Assembly (NCBI RefSeq): GCF_026210795.1
Contig: NC_089429.1
Location: 7,192,001-7,256,000, forward strand
Length of the DNA: 64,000 nucleotides
Direction: 5' to 3'
Origin: Rhizophagus irregularis
Lineage: Eukaryota
This document shows positions 53,050-64,000 of this stretch, in pieces. The notes below the pieces were generated by a model, which was not told the origin of the DNA, made no database searches, and was given only the letters and a program-made list of their open reading frames with translations. Every line of letters starts with the position of its first letter. The first letter of the stretch is position 1. The translations under genes and the position numbers were made by a program.

Positions 53050-55110
53050 CTGTGTCAAGTGCAGAATCTGTATCGGTAAATAAAAAATATAATAATTAAG
53101 ATTAATTAATATTTTATTAATAGAAAATAAAAAAAATAAAATAGTTTTATAACTTACTTTACATAATCCATTCATGAATCAAATTGATGAATTAAATATT
53201 TACAAAACTTCTGCTTGTACTTGACTTTAAAACTATGAATAATACCCGCATCCATAGGTTGAAGATGAGTTGTTGTATTTGGTGGAAGGTAAACAAGTTC
53301 AATATTAGCAAGCTCAGGTGCCTATTTGTTAATAATTTGGTGCAAAAAGTGATGCATTTGTTTCTGGTTGACTGATGGGCTAGAATCGGCCTGCTTAGCT
53401 AATACATCTACTTTGTCATTCCACTCATCCCCACTGTGTCCTTTTACTTTATGAAGTTCTAGTTCTAAATTATTCTCCCTAACTACTCTAAAAATTCTAT
53501 ACAATAATAAAAAATTATTTCTATCTAAAACGGTCTTCAATTTGGCATTTAAAATTTCATGTATCGCAGCTGCGCTATCCGTATATATGTGAATTTTCGA
53601 ACCATTTGAACAGGTGAGCAGAGCTAGTAGAATTGCATATATTTCCGCCTCGTTGAAGTTGTGATTTCGATAAATGCAGCTCCTTGCGCTACCTCATCAT
53701 GGCTTTGGTTTTGGCGTGCCTCTTGTGGTTAATGCTTTAATCAGGGGATCGTAATAGAACCGCCAAATTAATGGAGATAGACTATCCCCTTGATCTACTC
53801 TATCGCCTGCTATGAAAGACGGTGTGGGTCCAAAGGCCGTGAGAATCTGAGCATTTCTATTAGTAAATATCCTAATGACTAAGTCTATTAACCGGTTTGG
53901 TAAACTCAGACGTTGGAGTGCTATCTTCAGACCTGTCGGATATGTCTTGAAACATAATCCAAAGCTGCTTATTATTAGTTTTCGCGTCTTCAATTAAAAA
54001 TTGTTAATAATCTGTATCGGAGTGGATGTGGAGTCGCCCGGAAGCCCACAATAATTTTGTTGGTATAGGATACTGTTATGTTCTGTAAAGATTTTTCCTA
54101 GACGCTTTTGTCAAAATTATCCATATTATAGTTAAATTTTTCTGGTTTAAGAATCGGGATAATAGTTGATGATTTCCATTTGGAAGGTATATGACCTGTT
54201 ATCAGCACCAGATTAAAAGCATCTCTAATTAACCTTTGAAGCTATGTGGGCAATTTCTTAATCATGGTATAGTTAATTCCAGTAACTCCTGCGGCTGATT
54301 TTTCGTTTACACTATTCAAAATTGTATCCCATTCCTTGTCATCAATATCGTTGAGCACTTCATTGAAGGCCTGTTCATTCTGAGTCATTGGTTCATAAAT
54401 TTTTTGCCAAAAAGGTGACATATCATGAATAGATGAGAAACTAATATCTCTTTTCCTAAACTGGTGCGAGTATGTAGATGTTGCGTGTTCCGATATGTCG
54501 TCTGGTGAAATCAACAACTCTGTTCCCCAGTGGGGTGTGCTTTAGTAGGCGGTCAATGGGAGTGGATTTACGATTTCTGTTTAACACATTATTAATCCAT
54601 TTGGATTGTTCGCTCTCAATTTGCTGAATTATAATTAAATAATAAATAATAATAAATTAATTTTTTTATTATATTTTATAATATAAAATTAAAATATTCT
54701 TACCTTTTTACGTTCAGCAGTACTAAGTGTTTAATTTGGTTCCATTCAAAAAAAGGCCTGTCTCTTCATATTTAGTTAAAAGTGCACATAAAATATATAT
54801 ATATACGTATACGTTCCTCTGAAAAACTTTTAGCTTTCCCTGAAACGAATTTTTTGAAGACTATTACGTATTTTAAATCTATACACCCAGCCATTAGCAC
54901 AACTTTAATTGGCTTTCAATATTTAACCTTTGGCAAGTTCTAACCCTTTTTATTGTAACATTCCATCAGTTAAAGGACTCCACTAGCTAAGTTCAAATCT
55001 GCATAGCCATATCAAGTTCTGGAAACTAAACAGAACGTTGCCAAAAAGTACGTGCAGTCTGTGAAGTAGAAAGTACTTTGATGATCCTTCCACGTTTTAT
55101 TAATGGTTAA
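53050..55110 (-). pseudogene. pogo/Tigger (CENP-B-like, DDE_1) transposase interrupted by a LINE
   Basis: 5' part (54700-55100): FPELDMAMQI, LTDGMLQ*KGLELAK, CANGWVYRFKIRN, EETGLFF.MEPN*TLST. 3' part (53160-53322): IELVYLPPNTTTHLQPMDAGIIHSFKVKYK. Confidence 0.85.
53322..54630 (-). mobile_element. Truncated, internally deleted non-LTR retrotransposon (RT and RNase H fragments)
   Basis: RT region: KSAAGVTGINY, IPSKWKSSTIIPILKP, DQGDSLSPLIWRFYYDPLI. RNase H region: AEIYAILLAL, IHIYTDS, HKVKGHSGDEWNDKVDVLAK. Confidence 0.9.
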
Positions 55111-55910
55111 ATTAAAAAGTGAGGCTGATTTACATATTAAAGCTCTAATAATTTTAGAATTTGACTAAAATGGTAATTTTTATAATTTTTCATAATGCGA
55201 AATTGAGATAATCAACAAATATTCAGTAAAATTATTTGATTCCTAATTAATAATAATTTTATTTAAAAAACAAATAACAGATTACTATTAAATTTTACTG
55301 GGCTTCAAAAGTCCTTGTGAGTTATCTGTTATAGAATTCTCTATGTTTATTGACTTTGAGCAGTTCATAGAATGTCTTTTTTAATGAATATATTTACTTC
55401 TTTCTCTACTAATAGATATTTGAATGAATTATAATCAGATTTTATGGAATATTTTATTTTTTTTTAAAAAAAAATAAAATAAAATAAATAATTACCTTTC
55501 TTGATAATATAATTAGTTCATTACAATCATCAACCTTGAAGATGATAGTGAAGTTACGATAAATGAAATATTTTTGCTAATATCACACATCTTTTTGCCT
55601 TGTTAAACATGGAATTTATCTGTAATTGAACCAGTGGTCTTATTCCACCTTAGGATTTTACATATTATGTGCAAATCCCAATTATTGAGAATCAAACTTA
55701 ACTAAAATACTTATTATAATTTTATTTTAAATTTAATTACATTAATATATCACTACTTATTCTATTATTCTGAATTCTTAATAATATATCTATTGCCCAT
55801 TATTTGATCTATTCACAATATTTTATTGTTAATATTTGCCAAATAGTTTTGTAATAGCAGTTCTTTAAGGCATTAAGATTGGCAGATATACAGAGAAGTA
55901 AGAGGATCTT

Positions 55911-56742
55911 AAACAATACTAATACAACTCACATTTGAGTTTGCTAAAGTTTATATTAAAATTTTTCAAAAGTTGCATATTACAGGGCAAAATTTTGTTA
56001 TCCTACACACCCCCTATTTTTAATATAACTAGTAATTTGATTTTAATAAAATTTATATCATTGAATTCATCTTAATAAGAGGATTCTAATAATGATAGTA
56101 AAATCACATTTCTAGCTTCAATATTAATAGAGTATGTCATAAAATGTATTTTTACTTTGGTATGGTGCTGGAAGTCTATACTCGACAATCACGTGATTTT
56201 GTTTCAATTTTCTGAGCCGATTCTATATCATGTGATCCGGAATTCAGCCAATAAAAAACCAGAATTTCTAATAAAATGCGGTTTTTGAAAATTTATTTAT
56301 TACAAACAAGATAAAATATAAGAAAAAGTAGATTTCAGTAGTAAATTGCAACTACCATTTCATAAAAGTTATATATTGATAAAAAAATTTTTTTTTTAAA
56401 AAAATTACATTTGATTCATATTATGATAATTCAGGCTGGCATTATCACAATGCATGGAATCGGCCCAAATTATCGTAAGTTCTGGCCAACATATTTTGTT
56501 TCAAATTTGGGCTGATCATATGAAAATCATGCAATTTCAAATGCTTATAACTTTTTATGTAGATCTTCTTTTAAAAATGTGACCGGTAATTTGATAGAGC
56601 TTACCTCAAAGAATAAAATTACCAGTTTATTTTTTTTAAATTGTATTTTTTTTAAGGAGTTGAAAGATTTTTAAGTGTTACATTTTTATTGTCGAGTATA
56701 GACTTCCGGCACCATATTTAAAATAGTTGTATTAGTATTATT
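55911..56742. mobile_element. MITE hosting the nested 56163-56714 insertion
   Basis: Ends aacaatactaatacaact / agttgtattagtatta; the left part is homologous to 49510-49710. Confidence 0.55.
56163..56714. mobile_element. ~550-bp TA-flanked MITE (Tc1/mariner-type), copy 2, inverted relative to copy 1
   Basis: TA|tggtgctggaagtctatactcgacaat ... attgtcgagtatagacttccggcacca|TA. Confidence 0.92.
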
Positions 56743-56832
56743 TGAAATTTTATATGCAGAATTAATTAGTTCTAATTGATTTTTTTTTAAAAAAAAAAAA
56801 GTTTAAAAATTGTAAATAAAGCATCATTATTA

Positions 56833-57004
56833 CAGTCAAACCTTGATATAGCGAACCCTTGATATAGTGAATTTTTCAGACAACTATAATAAATTTCCCC
56901 TTGCTATAACGAATTAACCAATCAAATCTCTTAAAATCTTCACTATAGCCCTATAGCGAAGTTGAGGTCTGGAACCTAGGGTTCGTTATAACAAGGGTTG
57001 ACTG
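56833..57004. mobile_element. 172-bp pogo/Tigger-like MITE
   Basis: TA|cagtcaaaccttgatatagcgaaccc ... gggttcgttataacaagggttgactg|TA. Confidence 0.9.
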
Positions 57005-58799
57005 TATAGTATTTTGCATTAATAATTAAATGCTTTATCAAATAAATATCTATATATATAATAGACAGAAATATATACAAAGTTTCATATACAAAAATTT
57101 GTGCGAATTTTATATGCTCAAATATAGATTATTAATAATATATGTGACAGTGGTAATTTTTACAAATAAAATTAATTTATTATTAGGCCAAATAAATAAA
57201 ATTATTCATTTTTCATGACCGGACGAATCATGTAAATGTTATAAAAAAATAAAAAAATTTATTTTATTTAGTCAAGTAATTTTAGTTTTGATCAATTATA
57301 ATCATAAAAAAATAAATTTTTTTTTCCATCTGGTGACCTAGGCAAAAAATTTATTAAATCAACCAATCATCTTCTAGGAATCGATTAAATTTTTTTTGAA
57401 AAATAATTTTTTTTCTGAGTAGCCAGATCAAATTTAGCAATTTTTTTTCATGAGAAACAAATAATTTTATTTCTTTGGCCTTATTTATCAGTATAAATAA
57501 TTCTTTCTAACAATATTCCCATAACTAGTAAAAAAACTTAAGAATTTTAAGTTTAAAAAATTTTTTCATAATATATCAAAAAGTTTTAACCAAAATTACT
57601 TCCTTCAAATATCCCAAAAATTTATAACTTTATTTTAACTGTTGCTAAATATAAGTGATTTATAAGTTATAACCCATTATGAACTTCTTTTTATTCCTAT
57701 GAAACTCTTGGAAATTATTCCAAAATAAATATTTAATATTATTAGAAATCTCTAATTTATGAATTATGTTAACATGACATTTCAATATAGATTCATAACT
57801 AAAAATAAAAAAAAAAAGAATTTTTAAAATTGTTTTTTCTTGAGCAAAAATTTGAAAATTTTTCTAAAATAATTTACTTTCTTTTTAATAAATCCATACA
57901 ATCAATTCAGCATTGGAAATTAATACCTATCTAAAATAAAATTCAATTAACTTATAATATCCCTTTACTTTTACTATACTATTAGCTGATTCCATTGCAA
58001 TTGATTAATCAATATCTATTATAATTATAGATGTCTAATCATTCCATATAAAATATAAGTAAATAGTAATAAATAGTAATGATAAAAGAAAATTTGATAT
58101 AGAATTAGTAAATTACTTTAAATGATCTTATGCATTTATTAATTATAATTTCAGTTTTATGAAAATTCAAATTATTTTTATTGAACCACTTATTTTTCAT
58201 TTACAGATGATTTCTCAAAGAACAATCTTTAATAAGAATTTTTAAAAAAAATTTCCAGATCATTTATTTATTTAACAATTCTCAGATCAACTGGATGTAC
58301 ATGATCCATTATTTTAAATCTTTATGTATCTTTTAAATTCCAATTATGAACTTCAAGTTTTTAAAAAAAACTTAGATCTTTTTGTCATCATTTTTGCTTT
58401 TTCTTAATTTCATTTCATATTCAGTCCTAATTATATTAGTAAGTGTTGGTTAAATTGCAAAAAATATTCTGTGATTTTAGAGAATAAGGTAATTTTAAGT
58501 GAATAAAAAAAAATTTGGAATTTGAAAATAAGTAAATAAAAAATAAATAAACAAACAAATAAAAAAAAATAGAATAAAAAAAAATGCATATAGAAGAAGG
58601 TTTGACTAAATTCTCTCATATGTACCATTTAGGCTAGCCAATTCATCAAGTTCTTGGTCGGATCTGCTATTTAGTTCTATTTTTTTTTTTGTTTTTTACC
58701 AATCCTTATTGTTTACATTTTACTTAACTGACGTAATTCTGCGAATTTGGTATTATTCTCTTTTTTAAGGCGGTCTTTCTTCAATTTTGAATTTTTTAA

Positions 58800-59290
58800 T
58801 ATTAGACCTTTTTCTCTGATCACATTACTTAATAATGTGCAGGTATCTTTCACATTATTAAAATCCAGAAACAAAAACTACAATAAAATTAATCAAATAA
58901 AAAATAAAAAGACACACATAGTTCGTAGAAAGATGAGAAAAACTTTTGGGTGGCTAGTTTATAGAACAGACTGTCTATATTAGAAAAGCCATATTAAGGA
59001 CTTTTTATCTTTATCTTTACCACAATAACATCTCTAATTTAAGGATATTTTGACAAATTTTGGAAAGGTTGGAAAAATTTTGATTGGTTATGAACTTCCA
59101 ATTAATTTCAAGTGAATATCTCTGTATTGGCAGATCATCCCACTCTAACTCATAATTAATCTTTCATAAACAAGTTCAATGTCAGAGTTGGCTTTCTAAT
59201 GAATTTGTCACATGTTGGTGATTGATATACCGTTATACTCTAATCAAGAAGAAGATAATTTGAATAATAAGACTTAAATCATAGTTGGCT
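58800..59290 (-). pseudogene. Second F-box/LRR fragment, paralogous to 52100-52990
   Basis: 58804-58875 nearly matches 52459-52529; ttaaggactt.ttatctttatctttac is shared (~58995 and ~52563); reads NFSNLSKICQNILKLEM. Confidence 0.6.
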
Positions 59291-59579
59291 TTTTCTGGAA
59301 TAGCCAGAATATTATTTAATAAATTTAAAGATAATATTTATAACTTAGTTTATATTTTTATTTACCTTAGTATTAATTTTTAGCCAATCAGACTCTTGCT
59401 GACAATCAGCTGAAAAACTTTGAAATTTTTCTTCAGTAAAATTCTCAAATTTCTGGCATTCCCTTGTTAGTCAACTTCCACCTACTTTTAAAGCTTTTCA
59501 CAAGGATGCAAGAATATGTTTTCGCCTATAAAACGTTTGTGAACCTTATCTAATTTTCTAATCAATATTATTGTTGATT

Positions 59580-59815
59580 AATCTCCCATCATTCCTTTTC
59601 GTCTCCCATCACTCCTCTTCATCTTTCCATAACTCCTCTTCATCTTCTCATCGCTCCTTTTCATCTTTTTTGTCTCCCATTACTCCTCTTCATCTTCCCA
59701 TCAATCCTTTTCATCTCCCATCATTTCTCTTCATCTCCCATCATGTCCTATTTCTCCTTTTTGTTTCCTATCATTACTCTCTTTCAACTTCTATTACTTT
59801 CCATTACTCCATTGT
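59580..59815. repeat. Pyrimidine-rich low-complexity repeat
   Basis: Repeated ctcccatcactcctcttcatct-like units. Confidence 0.8.
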
Positions 59816-60368
59816 TATTTCATTTTTTTATTAGCATCTTTCTCCTTGATCATTGTAATTTACTTATCTTTTTATTTATTGTATCACTTCATTAAAAATA
59901 CAGTGATTTTTTTCTTTAAAATCATAAATGTGTGACTTAAATTTTAATATTTGCAAATAAAATTTCATTAGATAAGATTATTTTTGCAAAAAAAAATTTT
60001 TTTTAAAAAATATCTTTTGCGATAAAATTTTAAGTTTAGCCGATCAACTAAATTAAAAAAATCAGCTGTCAGCCGATCAATAAATTTACTCTATATAAAC
60101 TTATAATAAACCATCTCTATACTTAATTTACTCATTATAAATAGAAAAAACATCATTTGTTTATTCATTTTATTTAGAAAAAGCTAGATTTATTTATTTT
60201 AACGAAGCCTATTTATAAAAGAGAGATCAATAACTTTCTATAAGATCTTTTAAAACCATACCAAGCTCCCTGAATTCTTGTTTGAAATATAATTTCTAAC
60301 ATTTGTGATTATAAATCGGGATCTTCAATATCCCTGCAAAAAAAAAACTTTTCCCACTTCTTTAAAAA

Positions 60369-62670
60369 ATGGATAAAAGCGCGAGAAAATCCTCTCCAAA
60401 CAGTTGATTTTTGCTCCTAGAACTTCAAGCATTAGTAATTTTCCATGGATTTACGTAAACATTTTGTGAACCGTTCAATGTTAAAACTTTGAAATGGTCG
60501 AATGTAATATTTCTTTTAATTACCTTAAAGAGTATAACCTTTGTGAAGAATTCCTTTCTCTATTATCTCAACAACATACTGGAGTCTCTCTTGATATTTT
60601 GGAAGGTATTTTTTATTCAAGGAAGAAAAAGATCTATGAGCCTTTAACATATTTACGTTCAGAATTGCCGCCATGTCTTATATATCAGTTGAGTTGAAAA
60701 ACTCATTTATTTGTTTTTTTTTGAAAAAGAGATGATTTTAATGAGTAATATTGAAATTGAAAACATGGACCTTTCAAATAACGACATTAGTAACTTTCCT
60801 ATTACTTTCATTAAGCATTGTTATAAAATTCGAGTAAAGGATGATATTGATATTGGAGAATTCAAAATATAAATGGATAATAAACCATATTATATGACAG
60901 AGTTTATTGTACATTACGTGATGGTATCACTATTGATGATAGGCACTACGAATTCTTGACTTTCTCTGCTAGTCAATTAAGAGATCATAGTTGTTGGTTT
61001 TTTCACCAACTGGCAATTCAACTGCTGATTAAGGTTAGAGATTGGATGGTGAATTTTTCAACAAATAAAAGTGTACATAGCAAAATGTGCCTGAATGGGC
61101 CAGTGTTTTCAAGTACTCGTGCTATTCAAAAGCTACCTATTGATGACATCATAGAAATTCCTGATATAGTTAGAAATGGTTTCACTTTGTAGGGAATATC
61201 TCTTTCTCATTAGCAAGAAGATTGCTTATGAATTGGATTAAGGGTGTTTTATGTCAGCCAATTTGTGTTGGAAGTTATCAGAGGATCTACATTCATCTCA
61301 CCATATCTCAATCGTCAGGCGATTAAATTATTGTCCGCATTAGGAATTCCCGATGAAGTATTTATTGAATTAAAAGATTTACGAGTTAGGGAATTGAATA
61401 AATGCTTGAAAGGATAAAATGCTTGAAAGTGAACATACGGCGTTGGATTTTTTACAAAGGAATGTTGATGAATATGGAATTTCAATCTCACTTGCTGGTC
61501 TTGTTAAAGCGGGATTTTTAAGAAGTAATTATCGTTATTTAATGAATTTTATTTCATTATTTCGTATCATGATGTTAGGAGGAGACATTTAAGAAAAAGG
61601 CAAAAATTCGCGTTGATAAAGAGGCATTCTTATTAAGCGTCTTGGATGTTGCCAAAATTTTACGAGAGAATCAAATTTATTGTTAGCGGTAGCGATTTAG
61701 ATGGTGATGATTTCACGTGTGTATCTTTATTTCTCATTGTTTAAAATTTTAAGTATTTAAGTTGTTTAAGTTATTGACAATTTTTTTTTTTTAGAAAAAA
61801 ACTTGTTGATCTTGTTAAAGCAGAAATAATGATCATTATTTGATGAATTTTATTTCATTATTTGATGTTAGGAGACATTAAGAAAAGTCAAAAATTCGCG
61901 TTGATAAAGGGGCATTCTTATTAGGCGTCTTGGATGTTACCGAAATTTTACAGGAGAATCAAATTTATTGTTATTTAGATGGTGATGATTTCACGTATGT
62001 ATCTTTATTTCTCATTGTTTAAAACTTTAAAGTTTTAAGTTGTTTAAGTTATTGACAATTTTTTTTTTAGGAAAAAAAAAAAAAAAATTTAATTTAGTGT
62101 ACTATGAATTATGAGGCTCAAAAATCAAGAATGGTTGGAAATGTAACGATGAAAGATATCAAAACATTTTTCGTAAATTATATCTTTTCCGACAACTTTG
62201 GTATGATCAAGAACGCTCATTAGCAAAAGCAGATTTTTTCGAAGTTGGTGCATTACATAGGCAATGTAAACGTCTTGTATAATTACATTCTGATGCCACA
62301 GATTTCTAAAACGGGAACGCCACCAGAAATTCCACCTGTACTTCGTGCTAGTAAATTCCCAGATTTTACGGAAAAACTGTTATAGAGTATACCCCGCAAA
62401 TTAATTTAAATAATTTAAATATAGAAAATTTTGATCAAAGATTATATGTTGATGGATATGAAGAATCTTTGGATGATGTACGAAAGTTAAGACGATAGTA
62501 CAATGCAAACATAAGAGGACTAATGAATCAATTTGGAATTATGACTGAAATTGAAGTAACTAATGGATACATTATGAATACTATTACAAAGTTGATAAAA
62601 AAACCTCAATATCTGTGATGGAAGATGGAACCTTTAATTCCAATTAAGTGACATTATAGAGAATCATTTG
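60369..62670 (+). pseudogene. Cellular RNA-dependent RNA polymerase (RNAi RdRP) pseudogene
   Basis: Motifs: RDGITIDDRHYEFLTFSASQLRDHSCWFF, VRDWM, FSSTRAI, IPDIVRNGFT, LNRQAIKLLSALGIPDEVFIEL, IRVDKGAFLLGVLDVTEILQENQIYC, catalytic SGSDLDGDDF (~61685-61715), GMIKNAH and LHSDATDF. It has many frameshifts, deletions and an internal duplication. Confidence 0.92.
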
Positions 62671-64000
62671 AGGTACTCGAAGGGTCTCCACGCCACCAAA
62701 GCCTACTTTTTTACATAAATAAGTTTTAAAATTAAAAAAGATGGCACAACCAGAAAGATTAAAGAAAGATACCTATTGGAAAGTAAAAAAAGAGAAATTG
62801 ATCAGTCGAAAAGGAAATTAAAGAAATAAATGAAATTATGAAATCACAGCTGAAACTATTAGAACTCATCAAGAAATATTACGTGAAAAAAAAACAGGAA
62901 TCACTGGATGTAATCGAACAAATCGTTTAATTTTAAGTTTAATTTTAAGTTTAATTTTATATAATCGTTCACAAAATATGTTAGCCGGTTTATTGTCCTT
63001 CGCTTCGCCCCGGACTATAGATGTTTATGAACCTTAATGACATATTGGATCACGTGGCGAAGTTCATTTGTCCGCACGCGTCATTTCTGATTGGTCCGCA
63101 CAGAATGTCAGACGCGATTATTACATAACAGATAGTAACTACAGTGTTTAGCGGTAGTAGTTTCCTTTTGTAAGGACTCATCCCACAAACTTGTTGTATG
63201 GCTCCCGTCATTCTACATTTTAAAAATAAATAATATAATAAAAGTCTGTTACTAGATGTTCTCTCTGAATAATGTCAGAACACCTTTAGTCAGAAACCAT
63301 TGCCAGAAATGGGACTTTTTTTTATCTAACTTCTATAAATTCTGTACACCGTCACAAATCTCATTGCGAAACCTATTATTTAGTTGGACGAGAGTATGAA
63401 GCAATCCGTTGGCAAGTAAAATAAATTAATTTATTGATGTTTAGCTTTATCTAAATAGTGAGTATACCAAATAATAACATTTTTCCACATGTTCAACGCT
63501 AATGATGTGCCAGTTAATGAATTTAGCGAAGAAATAATAATGGCTCCGTAAGTCCAGACCGCGTAAGCCCGGGCGAAAGTGGATGCAAAACAGGAAAGGA
63601 CGAGGGCGCCGCATGCGTTTTGCTAGCAAACCGTCAATGTCAAAAAAGAAAGTAAGGTTACAAAGAGGCTATTAAACCCTTAAAATCAATTCTAAAGTCG
63701 TCCAATAAGTACAACCAAGAAAGTTATGTACGTCAAGAAAAACAACCATCACAGCCTTTGACTGCTCCGATTCCTGATGTACCCGAACCAGAGCCAAAAC
63801 AGACGATAGCGCTCTGGAATCGCTTTGTTTAAACGAACAAGTATTAAGTCGTGTTATGACTGGCGCTCACCTTAGCATTTGGGCATGGTATCAGTTAAAT
63901 CTAGTTTTCCAAACTAAATACTCGCCACGATGGATAATTATGCAACAAGAACTTTTTACATCTAATTTAAGGTAATACTTAAATCATAAGAATATTGAAA

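Noticed and set aside
55500..55700. Possible protein-kinase C-terminal scrap (GGIRP-like)
   Set aside because: It is too short and degenerate, and no catalytic kinase motifs are nearby.
59571..59834. Ser/His/Phe-rich 87-aa ORF
   Set aside because: It is a translation of a pyrimidine-rich low-complexity tract.

Overview
Very AT-rich, intron-containing eukaryotic DNA. The gene families and intron style point to an arbuscular mycorrhizal fungus (Glomeromycotina); this is an inference. The window is largely a transposon graveyard, and I found no convincingly intact host gene, rRNA, tRNA or CRISPR array. Main contents: (1) a decayed CACTA/EnSpm-type transposase with a divergent accessory ORF; (2) a ~5.6-kb TIR-bounded element (6932-12489) whose single 9-exon gene fuses a vertnin-like/OTU cysteine-protease domain to a P-element-like (DxxH) transposase, plus two short MITEs with the same TIR (3797-4236, 32921-33147) - the most unusual feature here; (3) a membrane-protein pseudogene broken by a 179-bp piece of a probable TET/JBP-like dioxygenase gene; (4) a Plavaka transposase, head-to-head with an accessory gene and split by a 5.7-kb non-autonomous element that contains nested MITEs, a 92-bp hairpin repeat and a 186-bp satellite; (5) Tc1, pogo, LINE and probable DUF6589-like relics and many MITEs; (6) three degenerate MDQK-starting small-gene candidates, F-box/LRR fragments and an RdRP pseudogene. 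All family assignments come from recognising motifs by eye; no database searches were run.
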